Source: Deinococcus sp. | Lineage (GTDB): Bacteria; Deinococcota; Deinococci; Deinococcales; Deinococcaceae | Length of the DNA stretch: 64,000 nt | Assembly: GCA_965261005.1 (NCBI GenBank) | Contig: OZ253375.1 | Span: 2,112,001-2,176,000, forward strand | Reading direction: 5' to 3' | Part shown: positions 9,562 to 19,021 of the stretch, one piece after another | Numbering within the stretch: position 1 is the stretch's first letter | How the letters are laid out: each line of letters begins with the position of its first letter | The notes under the pieces: model-generated | The model's input: the letters and a program-made list of their open reading frames with translations, nothing else | Databases searched by the model: none | Told to the model about the DNA's origin: nothing | Made by a program: the position numbers and the translations under genes

Positions 9562-9677
9562 CACGATTCCGCACCTCCGCTTCGCTCCGGCGCTCCATTT
9601 CCCGCGCCAGCCCGCACTTTTTCTGCTCGCATCCGCTCGGGGTTGAGGAAGCGGATCGCTTCTGAATTGAGGGCGGC
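9562..9677 (+). repeat. Degenerate small repeat copy C
   Basis: GATTCCGC start, core TTTTTCTGCTCGCATCCGCTCGG, short hairpin; abuts epimerase stop. Confidence 0.6.
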
Positions 9678-10628
9678 TTACCCGGAGCTGCGCTGCGCCA
9701 GCCAGTCGCGGTACCAAGCGACGGTGGCGGGAATGCCCTCTTCCAGCGGCGTCGGCGTCACGCCGAATTGCCGCTCAAAGGCCGCAGACACCATGTTCTG
9801 CGGAATGCGGTATTGGTAGAACATCTCCTCGTAGCCGTCCATAAAGGTCTTGTCGAAGGGGCCGTAAGGCGTGGCGTGCTGGAGGTTGTGGGTTTTGAGC
9901 TGGTGGCCCACCGCCTGCGCCACGAGGTCCAGAACCGCGTCGGTGGAGCGGGCCGGCACGGTGGGCAAGTGCCAAATCCGCCCGTCGCCTTCCGGCCGCT
10001 CGCCCAAGGTCGCCAGGCCGCGCGCCACGTCGTGGATGTAGCTGTAGCTGTGCGGCAAGCGGGTATCGCCAAAAGTCAGCACCTCGTCATTCATCAGCGC
10101 CTGCGGAAAGACGCCGCCGCCAAAGGCCGAGTGCAGCACGCCCGGCCCGTAAAAGTCCGCCGCCCGTCCGGTCGCCACCCGCGCCCGCCCGTCCTGATGG
10201 GCCTTGAGATAGGCCGCGTCGAGCTGCGCGCGCAGCTTGCCCTTGCTGGTGGTGGCGGCCCAGGGCGTCTGCTCGGTGATGTGGTCGCCGTCCGCCTCGC
10301 CGTAGGGATAGAGGGTGTCCAGCACCACCAGCCGAGCGCCGCCACGCTCGGCGGCGCTCAGAATCGCCTCGCCGATGCCGGGCATCAGCTTGACTTGAAG
10401 GTGGTAGGCCACGTTCACGCAGTGGTAGATCACGCTGGCGCCGCGCGTGGCTTCCACGGCAGCCTCGACGTCGCTCAAGTCGGCGGTGACGCGCTCGACA
10501 CCTGCGGGCAGCGTTCCAGTGCCGCTGCGGTCCACGCTGCGGACACGGTGGCCGCGCGAAACCAGTTCGTCCACCAAGGTACTTCCGGCGGGGCCGGAGC
10601 CGAGAACAACGTGCAAATCGGGTTTCAT
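9678..10628 (-). CDS. NAD-dependent epimerase/dehydratase (extended SDR)
   Basis: VLGSGPAG, DFYGPG, YIHDVARG; AAGGAG RBS. Confidence 0.85.
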   Translation of the reverse strand: MKPDLHVVLGSGPAGSTLVDELVSRGHRVRSVDRSGTGTLPAGVERVTADLSDVEAAVEATRGASVIYHCVNVAYHLQVKLMPGIGEAILSAAERGGARLVVLDTLYPYGEADGDHITEQTPWAATTSKGKLRAQLDAAYLKAHQDGRARVATGRAADFYGPGVLHSAFGGGVFPQALMNDEVLTFGDTRLPHSYSYIHDVARGLATLGERPEGDGRIWHLPTVPARSTDAVLDLVAQAVGHQLKTHNLQHATPYGPFDKTFMDGYEEMFYQYRIPQNMVSAAFERQFGVTPTPLEEGIPATVAWYRDWLAQRSSG

Positions 10629-10652
10629 CAAATTCTCCTTTGTTCTTTATTG

Positions 10653-10763
10653 GACCTCCTGCGAAAGTCCTGTTTGGGCGACCAAGCGGGTCTGCTCCTA
10701 CTCGCTCCGCTCGGCGAACGTGAGTACCGGGGGCGGCCCCGGCACCCACGTTCGCAGGAGGTC
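10653..10763. mobile_element. MITE with ends matching the IS5-family element at 17379
   Basis: GACCTCCTGCGAA...TTCGCAGGAGGTC; left end 16/17 identical to IS terminal repeat. Confidence 0.8.
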
Positions 10764-11362
10764 TATTCCTGTTGTGGGGTCGGATGCCGCAGCCCGGCGC
10801 TGAGAATCTGTGCCCACGGCTCGCGGGCTTGGGAAGCGGAGCCGGCGATGCCGAGCGCCACGACGAAATGGCACAGCTGCCCCTTGGCAAAAAAAGCTTG
10901 AACCGCGCCTTGGTCTGCGCCGGACCGCTCCAGCACGAAGTCGGTCAGCCGCTGCTGACATTCCTGGAGCGCCGCGCGAATGGCCGGGTCGTCGGTGGCG
11001 GCCAGCGCGTGAACCTGGAGCATCAGCAGCGACCCATCGTTGATCAGCTGCGCGTAGGCCTGACCCATCCGGTCCAGCACACGGTCGGGATCGCCGGAAT
11101 GCGCCGCGTCCGCACCGGCGCCGAGCGCCTCTTGCACCCGCGCGAAGCACAGCTGCAGGGCGCCGGTGAAAAGCCCCTGTTTGTTTCCGAACAGCCGAAA
11201 GACGTAAGCCGGGGAAAGTCCTGCCTCGGCGGCCACGTCGGCCACGGTGGTGCCGTGGTAGCCCATGCGGGCAAAGGCCCGCAGTGCCGCCCCGGTCACC
11301 TCGGCGTGCCGACGCTCGGCGGTGGAAAGGGCGTTGCGCGGAAGAGAAGGATCGGTCGCCAT
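10763..11362 (-). CDS. TetR/AcrR-family regulator
   Basis: GYHGTTVADVAAEAGLSPAYVFRLFGNKQGL; TACAGT-N7-ATG. Confidence 0.92.
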   Translation of the reverse strand: MATDPSLPRNALSTAERRHAEVTGAALRAFARMGYHGTTVADVAAEAGLSPAYVFRLFGNKQGLFTGALQLCFARVQEALGAGADAAHSGDPDRVLDRMGQAYAQLINDGSLLMLQVHALAATDDPAIRAALQECQQRLTDFVLERSGADQGAVQAFFAKGQLCHFVVALGIAGSASQAREPWAQILSAGLRHPTPQQE

Positions 11363-11479
11363 GTGTGTGACTGTACACTCACAAAATGAGAACGGGTTGA
11401 GCGCGATTGGCCAGCTTTGAAAGGCTCGCCGCCCGGTGGCGGGTTCAGTTGGCCTTTCGGCGCGTGCTAGACTTCCCTC

Positions 11480-11582
11480 GACGGCGTCAGGGAAAGCCCG
11501 GTGTGAGTCCGGCACTGTCGCGCAACGGTAAGCGAGTGTTCCTCAAAGGGGAGTGGTCGCAAGTCCGAATGCCTGCCCGTCC
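11480..11582 (+). promoter_or_regulatory. Cobalamin riboswitch
   Basis: AGGGAAAGCCCGGTGTGAGTCCGGCACTGTCGCGCAACGGT...AAGTCCGAATGCCTGCC; TAGACT -10 at 11468; upstream of btuFCD. Confidence 0.9.
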
Positions 11583-11655
11583 GGCCCACGAACCCGCGGG
11601 CCGCGCCGCACACCTCTCGCGGAAAGAGGGACGCGCACCCCGGTGCCCGCGTTCG

Positions 11656-11683
11656 TTCCGCCTTATAGGGCGGGATTTTTTTT
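11656..11683 (+). terminator. Intrinsic terminator in riboswitch leader
   Basis: TTCCGCCT-TAT-AGGGCGGGA hairpin followed by T8, before the btuF start. Confidence 0.7.
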
Positions 11684-11709
11684 GGCGAGTTGCCTTTCCC
11701 GGAGATCCC

Positions 11710-12567
11710 ATGAAAACGCTGCTGCCCACCTTGCTGCTCACGCTCGGCTCTGCCCTTGCCGTGAGTTACCCCCTGACCGTCACCGACGATCTGGGGCGGA
11801 CCGTGACCCTACAGAAAGAACCCGCCCGCGTCATCAGCGTGCTGCCCTCGGACACCGAGACGCTGTGCGCCATCGGCGCCTGCGACAAGCTGGTGGCGGT
11901 GGACCAAAACAGCGACTACCCGCCGCAGGTTGAAAAGCTGCCCAAGGTGGGCGGTTTGTACGACCCGAACGTCGAGGCGATGGTGGCGCAGAAACCCGAC
12001 CTGGTGGTGGTCAGCAAGTTCGGCAAGCTGGTGGAGCCGCTGACGCGCGCCGGCGTGACGGTGGTGGCGGTCAACCCCGAAAGCTACGCGGACGTGTTCT
12101 CCAAGACCCTGCTGCTGGGCAAGCTGGTCAACCGCGAGACGCAGGCCATCAATTTGATCGCCAAGCTCAAGACCGACATTGCCCGCACCGAGGCCATCAC
12201 CAAGAACGCGCCCAAGGTGAAGACCTACTACGAGATTGACCCCACGCCCTACACCGTCGGGCCGAACTCGTTTTTGGGCGTGCTCCTGACCAAGGCGGGC
12301 GCGGTCAACATCATCCCGGCGAGCTTGGGCGACTTTCCGCAGATCAGCCCTGAATTGGTGGTTCAGAAAGCGCCGGCGCTGATCCTGGGCGTGGACCCGG
12401 CGGTGGCGGCGAAGCGGCCCGGCTGGACCACCATTCCCGCCGTGAAGAACGGCCGGGTGCTGCCGATCCCCAAGGCCCTCGACACCATCCTGGGTCGCCC
12501 CGGACCGCGCCTCGGTCAGGCGCTGGCGGGCTTGGCGCGGCTGGTGCACCCCGAACTGTTCAGGTGA
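11710..12567 (+). CDS. btuF: Cobalamin ABC substrate-binding protein
   Basis: TVTDDLGRTV, RVISVLPSDTE, RPGPRL; riboswitch context. Confidence 0.85.
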   Translation: MKTLLPTLLLTLGSALAVSYPLTVTDDLGRTVTLQKEPARVISVLPSDTETLCAIGACDKLVAVDQNSDYPPQVEKLPKVGGLYDPNVEAMVAQKPDLVVVSKFGKLVEPLTRAGVTVVAVNPESYADVFSKTLLLGKLVNRETQAINLIAKLKTDIARTEAITKNAPKVKTYYEIDPTPYTVGPNSFLGVLLTKAGAVNIIPASLGDFPQISPELVVQKAPALILGVDPAVAAKRPGWTTIPAVKNGRVLPIPKALDTILGRPGPRLGQALAGLARLVHPELFR

Positions 12568-13607
12568 AGGCGGCTGAGGTGAGGGTTGGTGCTCCTGCAA
12601 CCCTGGCCCGCTGGGGAGGGGCAAAGACGCTCGCACTCTTTTTGCTGCTGCTGCTGGCGCTGGTCCTCTCGGTCGGGCTGGGCAGCGTGAACCTGGGAAC
12701 GCGGGAAACGCTGCTCGCCTTGTGGCACGGCCTAAAGGGTCAAATGCTGAGCGGCCAGTCCCTGGGCGGCGCCGACGTGATCGTGTGGCAGCTTCGCCTG
12801 CCGCGCGCCCTGCTGGGCCTGCTGGTGGGCGCGAGCTTGGCGGTTTGCGGCGGCGCGTACCAAGGCGTCTTTCGCAACCCGCTGGCCGACCCCTACCTGA
12901 TGGGCGTGGCGAGCGGCGCCTACCTGGGCGTGACGCTGGGGGCCGTGCTGAGCTGGCCCCCAGCCGCGCTGCCCCTGGGCGCCATGCTGGGCGCCTTTTT
13001 CAGCGTGCTGCTCACCCTCGCGCTGGCGCGGCGTGGGCGTGAGCTGCCGCCCACCCGCCTGATCCTGGCGGGGGTGGTGGTCGGCAGCGTCCTCACCGCG
13101 CTGAGTACCTACCTGCTGCTGCGTGGCGAGGACCGCATCCGCCAGGTGTTCACGGCCACGCTGGGGAGCCTGGCCTACGCGGGCTGGCCGGAGATCGGCC
13201 GGCTGTGCCTGTACGCCGTACCGTCCCTGGGCGCCTTGCTGCTGTTATCACGCGCGCTGAACACCCTGCAACTGGGCGACGCGACCGCCCAGAGCCTGGG
13301 CGTGCCGGTCGAGCGGCTGCGTTTGCTGGTGATCGTGGCGAGCAGCGTGGCGACCGCCGCCGCCGTCAGCTACGCGGGCATCATCGGCTTCGTGGGGCTG
13401 GTCGCGCCACATTTAGTTCGCCGCTTGTGGGGCGGCGACCACAAGGTCTTGTTGCCCATCAGCGCCCTGGCGGGCGGCACGCTGCTGGTCCTGGCCGACG
13501 TGCTGGCCCGCACCCTGACCCGCCCGGCCGAGCTGCCGGTGGGCGTGGTCACGACTCTGCTGGGCGGCCCGTTCTTTCTGTACCTGCTCAGAAAGGTGCG
13601 GACGTGA
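12564..13607 (+). CDS. btuC: Cobalamin ABC permease (FecCD/BtuC)
   Basis: RLPR, FRNPLADPY, GFVGLVAPH, ELPVGV. Confidence 0.85.
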   Translation: MKAAEVRVGAPATLARWGGAKTLALFLLLLLALVLSVGLGSVNLGTRETLLALWHGLKGQMLSGQSLGGADVIVWQLRLPRALLGLLVGASLAVCGGAYQGVFRNPLADPYLMGVASGAYLGVTLGAVLSWPPAALPLGAMLGAFFSVLLTLALARRGRELPPTRLILAGVVVGSVLTALSTYLLLRGEDRIRQVFTATLGSLAYAGWPEIGRLCLYAVPSLGALLLLSRALNTLQLGDATAQSLGVPVERLRLLVIVASSVATAAAVSYAGIIGFVGLVAPHLVRRLWGGDHKVLLPISALAGGTLLVLADVLARTLTRPAELPVGVVTTLLGGPFFLYLLRKVRT

Positions 13608-14434
13608 CGGGGACGTTGGAGGCGCGGGGGGTGCGGGTCTCCCTGGGCGGCGCCCCGGTGCTGCGCGGGGTGAGCGCCGCCTTTCCAGCCGGGCAGCTCA
13701 GCGCCCTGATCGGTCCCAACGGGGCGGGCAAGACCACCCTGCTGCGCGCCTTGCTGGGCCTGCTGCGCCCCGAAGCGGGCGAGGTCTGTTTGCTGGGCCG
13801 CCCGCTCTCGGCGTGGCGCCGGGCCGAGCGGGCGCGGCTGCTGGCCTACCTGGCGCAGGGAGACCCCCTTCCCGAGGAGGCGAGCGCGCTGGAGGTGGCC
13901 GCCCTGGGGCGCGGGGCGGGGGACTGGCTGGGCGGTTTGCTCCCGCTACGCCCCGAGACGGCGCGGGACCGCGCGGCCGTGTGGGGCGCCTTAGAAAAGA
14001 CCGGCACGGCCCCGTTCGCCGCGCGGCGCGTCGCGGACTTGTCGGGCGGCGAGCGCCAGCGGGTGGGCCTGGCGCGCGCCTTGGCCGCCGAGCCGCGCTT
14101 TTTGCTGCTCGACGAGCCGACCAATCACCTCGACCTCGGCCACCAACTCGATCTTCTGCGCACCCTGCGCGCCGAGGTCGGAACTGGCATGGGCGCCGTG
14201 ATGGTATTGCACGACCTGAGCCTGGCCGCCCGGGCCGACGTTTTGGTTCTGCTGCGCGCGGGCGAGGTGCTGGCGGCGGGCGCGCCGGGGGAGGTGCTGA
14301 CCCCAGAGAATTTGTATGCGGCCTACGGCGTGCGCGTCACGGTCGAGCGCCTGAACGGCCGCCTGCTGGTCGTGCCAGAGCCGGACGAGCCGGGGCTAGA
14401 CTTACCTGGGCCGGGTTTGTTGGGGCCGGGCTGA
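13604..14434 (+). CDS. btuD: Cobalamin ABC ATPase
   Basis: GPNGAGKT, LSGGERQR, LLLDEPTNHLD; GTGA overlap. Confidence 0.85.
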   Translation: MTGTLEARGVRVSLGGAPVLRGVSAAFPAGQLSALIGPNGAGKTTLLRALLGLLRPEAGEVCLLGRPLSAWRRAERARLLAYLAQGDPLPEEASALEVAALGRGAGDWLGGLLPLRPETARDRAAVWGALEKTGTAPFAARRVADLSGGERQRVGLARALAAEPRFLLLDEPTNHLDLGHQLDLLRTLRAEVGTGMGAVMVLHDLSLAARADVLVLLRAGEVLAAGAPGEVLTPENLYAAYGVRVTVERLNGRLLVVPEPDEPGLDLPGPGLLGPG

Positions 14435-14781
14435 TGGGCGCCAAGTACTTCAGGACCTCGGGCCACCTGCTGCTGTGCCAAAACCAGTCTTGCCGGGCGC
14501 GCGGCGCCGATGTGCTGCTGCTGGCGCTCACGAAAGCGTTGGAAACGGAAAAACTTGCGTACTACAAAGCTGGCGGCTCGGTGCGCCTGACGCCCACGGG
14601 CTGCCTGGGCGCCTGCCAGTTCGGGCCGGTGCTGGCCTGCTACCGCCCGCCGGAAGAGGCGTGGTACGAGGCGGTGGACTTGCCGCTGGCGCTGCGGGTG
14701 GCGCGGGCCGTTCACGGTGGAGAGGGTTTGCCAGCAGAGAGGCGCTACGGGCCAGAACCCGGATCACCAGAACCCGGCTAA
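14434..14781 (+). CDS. Thioredoxin-like [2Fe-2S] ferredoxin
   Basis: C-x4-C...GCLGACQFGP; TGATG coupling to ATPase. Confidence 0.85.
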   Translation: MGAKYFRTSGHLLLCQNQSCRARGADVLLLALTKALETEKLAYYKAGGSVRLTPTGCLGACQFGPVLACYRPPEEAWYEAVDLPLALRVARAVHGGEGLPAERRYGPEPGSPEPG

Positions 14782-14790
14782 CATAGGGCC

Positions 14791-15366
14791 ATGAGCGCCC
14801 CGAACCTGAAGCGGATGAGCGTGGAGGAATACCTGCGCAGCGAGGAGGCCAGCCCCGTGAGGCGCGAGTACGTGGGCGGTTTCGTGTACCCGCTGCACGG
14901 GGCGACCCGGGCGCAGGCAGGTGCGAGCCAAAAGCACACCCGAATCGTCCGCAACATTATGGCAAGGTTGGATGCGGCGGCACGTCGTCTGGATTGCCGT
15001 CTGCACGCCTCGGACATGAAATTGCGAATAGAGGGATCGAGAAGCTTCTACTATCCGGACGTGATGGCGGTCTGTGGCCAGCCCATTCCGGACGAGTACT
15101 ACGAGACCACCCCTTGCCTGCTCATCGAGGTTATCTCACCGCGCACGGCCCAGATAGACCGCCAGACCAAGTACGCCGCCTACACCGCTCTTCCTAGCTT
15201 GGAGACGTACCTGATCGTGGAGCAGGCCGAGCGGCGCGTGTACGCCTATCACCGGGACGGCCAAAGCTGGAAGCTGTCGGAACTCGCCAGCACGGGCGCC
15301 GTGGATGCGCCCTGCCTGGGCCACCGCCTGACCCTGGACGACATCTACGCCGACCTTGCGGTCTGA
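14791..15366 (+). CDS. Uma2-family endonuclease-like protein
   Basis: MSVEEYL..E, YYPDVM, IEVISPRT..DR..K...Y. Confidence 0.9.
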   Translation: MSAPNLKRMSVEEYLRSEEASPVRREYVGGFVYPLHGATRAQAGASQKHTRIVRNIMARLDAAARRLDCRLHASDMKLRIEGSRSFYYPDVMAVCGQPIPDEYYETTPCLLIEVISPRTAQIDRQTKYAAYTALPSLETYLIVEQAERRVYAYHRDGQSWKLSELASTGAVDAPCLGHRLTLDDIYADLAV

Positions 15367-15380
15367 GGCCCGTTCCCCGG

Positions 15381-16574
15381 CTACTTCCGAATGCCGACTT
15401 GGAGCAGCTGCGGCGTCAGCGTGGTTGGGTCAATGCGCATGATGAAGACTGGGGCGCTCAGGCGCTCGCCCGTGGCCGTGAAGCTGAGAGGCCCCGTGAC
15501 GTTTTTGTCGGCCTCTAGGTTGACCTTGCGCAGCGCGGCGATCAGGTCGCTGCGGCTGGGCACGCCGCCCCTCGCGGTCGCGGCGGCCTTGAGCGCTTCC
15601 AAAAGAGTGTTCGCCGCGTCGTACCCAAAGGCCGCTCGGCTTTGTGGCGCCCGCCCATAGCGCTCTTGAAAGGCGGAGGTGAAGGGGGTGCCGTTGGCAA
15701 ACGCGCTCATCGGTCCGAAGACGGTGACGTAGGTGACCCCGGCCGCGTCTCCTTGGGCGGCTTGCACGAACGCCTTGGAATCGAGCAGCGTGCCGCCCAG
15801 TAAAGGGGTCTTGGACCCGGCTTGGCGCAACTGCTTCAGGAACAACCCCGTTTTGTCGGCGGCGCCCCCGAACACGATGGCGTCGGCGCCCAGTACCACG
15901 CTGCGGACGACTTGTTTTTGCATGTCCACCTCGTTTGAAGTGCCCGCGTAGCCGACCACCCGCACCCCCTTGCCGCGCAGTTCGCGCTGCAAGTTTTGAA
16001 TCAGGCTATTGCCATACGTGGCGTTGTCGCTGACCAAAAAGGCGCGTTTGACCTTGAGGTCGTCCAAGTACCCGGCCATGGCGAGGGCCTGCACCTGGGT
16101 GTTGGCGGGCAAGCGGAAGAAGTTGATCCAACCCTTGGCTGTCAGCTCGTCAGCGGTGCAGGTGGGCGAGATCGTGGCAATTGGCCCTCGCCGCAGAACC
16201 TCACCCGCCAACAGGCACACGCCCGACGCCTGCGGGCCCACCACGCCCAGAATGCTGGCGTCCCCCAACATGTCGCCCGCTTGCTGTGAGCCACGCGTCG
16301 GGTCGCCGGCGTCGTCGTAGCCTTCGAGCTGCACGTCGAGTCCGAGGGCCAGCAGTTCAGCGTGGCGCCGCTGCACCGCCAGAGCCGCGCCGTCGCGCAG
16401 TTCAACGCCGAGCACGGCCGAAGGTCCCGTCAGCGCCGATAGCGTGGCGATTTTGACCTGCTTGGCTTGGTTCTGCTTGGCCTGGTTCTGCGCGCCTGCC
16501 ATGGCCATCAGACCGCTCAGGGACAGCGCCAAGAAGACAAACGTTCTGCTCATGGGTCTTAAATTTTTGTTCAT
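15381..16574 (-). CDS. Branched-chain amino acid ABC substrate-binding protein (orphan)
   Basis: Signal peptide, DDAGDP, AAFGYDA; TAGACT-N5-ATG. Confidence 0.88.
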   Translation of the reverse strand: MNKNLRPMSRTFVFLALSLSGLMAMAGAQNQAKQNQAKQVKIATLSALTGPSAVLGVELRDGAALAVQRRHAELLALGLDVQLEGYDDAGDPTRGSQQAGDMLGDASILGVVGPQASGVCLLAGEVLRRGPIATISPTCTADELTAKGWINFFRLPANTQVQALAMAGYLDDLKVKRAFLVSDNATYGNSLIQNLQRELRGKGVRVVGYAGTSNEVDMQKQVVRSVVLGADAIVFGGAADKTGLFLKQLRQAGSKTPLLGGTLLDSKAFVQAAQGDAAGVTYVTVFGPMSAFANGTPFTSAFQERYGRAPQSRAAFGYDAANTLLEALKAAATARGGVPSRSDLIAALRKVNLEADKNVTGPLSFTATGERLSAPVFIMRIDPTTLTPQLLQVGIRK

Positions 16575-16669
16575 GTTTCAGTCTAAATGAAGAATCCCAC
16601 GGCGGGCGCTCAAACTTGCGGCTGGCGCGACACGGGCCGCGTTTTGGCACCATGCCCCACGCCCTCTGC

Positions 16670-17205
16670 TCACGCCCGTAACCTCGGTCTGCCCTTTTCC
16701 GGTCAGACCGGTTCACACAACGCTATCACCGACGTGCCCGACCTCCACGCCGGGCACGTCATCCTGATCGAGGGTGAGAAGGTGCACACCGGCGTCACGG
16801 CGCTGCTGCCGCGCGGCAAGTTGGCCGGAAAGCGTTCTGTGCCCGCCGCTTGGTTCGCCCTCAACGGCAACGGCGGGATGACCGGCACCGCCTGGACCGA
16901 GGAGTTGGGCTGGCCAGCCCGATCATGCTGACCAACACCCATTCGGTCGGCGTGGTGAGGGACGCGGTTGGTGGCTTGGGGACGGCGACAAGGTTAGGAC
17001 GGGATTTGGAGCCTGCCGGTGGTGGTGGAGACCTACGACGGCCTCCTGAACGACATGGGCGGCTTTCATATCACGGCCGAACACGCTATTCGCGCCTTGG
17101 ACGGCGCCACAAGCGGCCCGGTCTCCTAGGGCAACGTCGGCGGCGGCACCGGCATGATCGTGTCGGGCTTCAAAGGCGATATCGGCACCTCTTCGCGCCC
17201 GCTGG
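16670..17205 (+). pseudogene. DmpA/P1 (S58) peptidase pseudogene, truncated
   Basis: NAITDVP...HTGVTA...NGNG / PIMLTNTHSVG / LPVVVETYDG..LND...GNVGGGTGM in different frames; TAG at 17127. Confidence 0.85.
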
Positions 17206-17218
17206 AGCGGCCTACCCC

Positions 17219-17290
17219 CTGCCCAAGACGCGGGCAGGCCCGATAGGTGCCGTTCTGCCCAAGACGTGGGCAGGCCCGATAGGTGCCGTT
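17219..17290. repeat. 36-bp tandem repeat x2, each with a CTGCCC-N7-GGGCAG hairpin
   Basis: Units 17219-17254 and 17255-17290 differ at one base. Confidence 0.9.
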
Positions 17291-17378
17291 CTGCTCACGA
17301 CGCGGAGCGAGTAGAAGAGAGTATGGGATGGCGGAGATGAAAACCTACGTTGGTGCTTTCCCAACATAGGTTAGAATA

Positions 17379-18267
17379 GACCTCTTGCGAAAGTCAGGAG
17401 GGTTGGGCGCGGGTAAGGTTACAGAGGGCGGCGATGAGCTGAACCCGAAGGGCAAAGCGACGCCGCCGATGTCGGTAGACGCCCTTGAGCACCCGAAAGA
17501 CCTTCATGCGACGGATGACGTGTTCGATTCCTTGGCGGGTATAGGCCAGCACCCGGTTTTCTCGACGCTGCTCTTTGGTCAACGGCTTGGACTTGGTCGC
17601 CTTATGCGTGGTGATGGCGTGCCCGTGGCTTCTCCACAAACCCTGATACCCCGCATCCCCGATCAGGGCCGTGTCATGAGGAAACCGTACCCCAGACTGC
17701 CGAAACAGCTTGAGATCATGGATGGCTCCAGCACTCGTCGCCGTGCCCAGGATGTGCTGAGTCACGGTACAGATCAGGACTTGGAACTTCAAGGTGTGCC
17801 GCTTCTTCTTGCCGCTGTACCAGCGGCGCTGCTTTTTTTGGGTCGTTCACACGGCACTTCGGACGCATCGACGGCCACGATGCTGTAGACCGTCTGCGCT
17901 TGCTGGAACACGCGCTTTCTAGGCATCTGGAACTGCTGGCTGGCGATCAGGGCTTCTTCGACACGTTCCACCGTGCGGTGCACCGTGGTCTCATGGACGC
18001 CCCAGTCGTCACCCAGGTGCGCGAAGGTGCGGTACTCGCGCCAGAATTCCAGTGTCATCAGAAGTTGTTCAGCCACCCTGAGCGCGGCTGGACGACCAGA
18101 TTTCTTCTTCTGTCCTTCTCGCTCGATCAGCACCGCTTCCATCTGGGCGAAGGTTTCGGGATACACCCCGGTGCGTCGGCGGAACTGCTTGCGGTTCATC
18201 TTCAGTGTCCGTCTCAGGCGATCTCGCTCCACCCCTTGAGCTTAACCCACGACTTTCGCAAGAGGTC
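17379..18267 (-). mobile_element. IS5-family (ISL2-like) insertion sequence, 889 bp
   Basis: Perfect 17-bp TIR GACCTCTTGCGAAAGTC, flanked by TA on both sides. Confidence 0.92.
17394..18232 (-). CDS. IS5-family transposase, two ORFs joined by -1 frameshift
   Basis: HTH + VDASE..CERPKK / YSGKKKRHT...GDAGYQG...IEH; slippery A7G run at ~17832-17839. Confidence 0.88.
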
Positions 18268-18328
18268 TAATCAAAGCCATCCCGTATAAGGCTCTCAAGA
18301 CTAAGTCTGTGTACTTTGGGTACGTTTA

Positions 18329-18462
18329 TACGGATTCCGCTTCTTTCCTCAACATCGGCAAAAGAACCCGACGCTGCTCCAGACCGCGAAACTCGTATCC
18401 TTTTCCTCTCCGCCCCGCTGGAAATGGAGTCCCCGAAGCTGACTCCATTTCCGGAATCCGTA
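18329..18462 (+). repeat. Small repeat copy D (134 bp)
   Basis: Same terminal repeats as copy A; 12-bp hairpin of different sequence; abuts DM13 stop. Confidence 0.9.
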
Positions 18463-18960
18463 CTACTTCAGCTCGGCCGCCGCAAAGGCGACGCTGAACT
18501 GGTCGCACCACAGCACCACGCTCTTGTATTTGCTCAAATCGGTGCCCGCCGGAATGGCGACGCTGGCCGTCTTCGCGTCGGTCTTGAGGGTGCCCAAATC
18601 GAGGTAGGGCTGCTTTTTGAGGTCGCCCTTGGCCTCGGTCGGCACGCCGCTGAACAGCCAGATGTGCAGGTCCGGGGCCGGCTCGGTCTTGAAGTCGCTC
18701 AGCTTGAGGGTGTAGCCCGCGCCCGCCTTGGCGATGCGGACGCTGCCGGTGGTGGGGGCGTCCAGGCTCTTGAAGGTGCCGCCCAGGTTCGCCATGCCCA
18801 TCACCTCGCCGGGCTTGGCCGGGGCGGCGCTGGATTGGGCGGTCTTGGACTGGGCGGTCTTGGACTGGGCGGTTTTGGCCGGGGCATTGCCTTGGGCGGC
18901 GGCCACGGCGGGAACGAGCAGGGTGGAAACGGCCAGCGCGAGAATCAGGGGGGTTTTCAT
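18463..18960 (-). CDS. Secreted DM13-domain protein
   Basis: Signal peptide; PAPDLHIWL...DLGTLK...YKSVVLWCDQFSVAF. Confidence 0.9.
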   Translation of the reverse strand: MKTPLILALAVSTLLVPAVAAAQGNAPAKTAQSKTAQSKTAQSSAAPAKPGEVMGMANLGGTFKSLDAPTTGSVRIAKAGAGYTLKLSDFKTEPAPDLHIWLFSGVPTEAKGDLKKQPYLDLGTLKTDAKTASVAIPAGTDLSKYKSVVLWCDQFSVAFAAAELK

Positions 18961-19021
18961 GGTGTGGCTCCTTGGAAGCAGAGAGAGGGTTTGGAAAGGG
19001 GGCGGACGTTGTGCGAGTTCG

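Larger units (their letters stand above)
17301..18286 (-). repeat. Divergent small repeat copy F, split by the IS5 element
   Basis: Core GGAGCGAGTAG at 17304; ATGGGATGGC left of IS pairs with GCCATCCCGT right of IS. Confidence 0.7.

Noticed and set aside
17219..17290. 36-bp hairpin repeats as a CRISPR array
   Set aside because: Units are contiguous with no unique spacers, and there are no cas genes in the window
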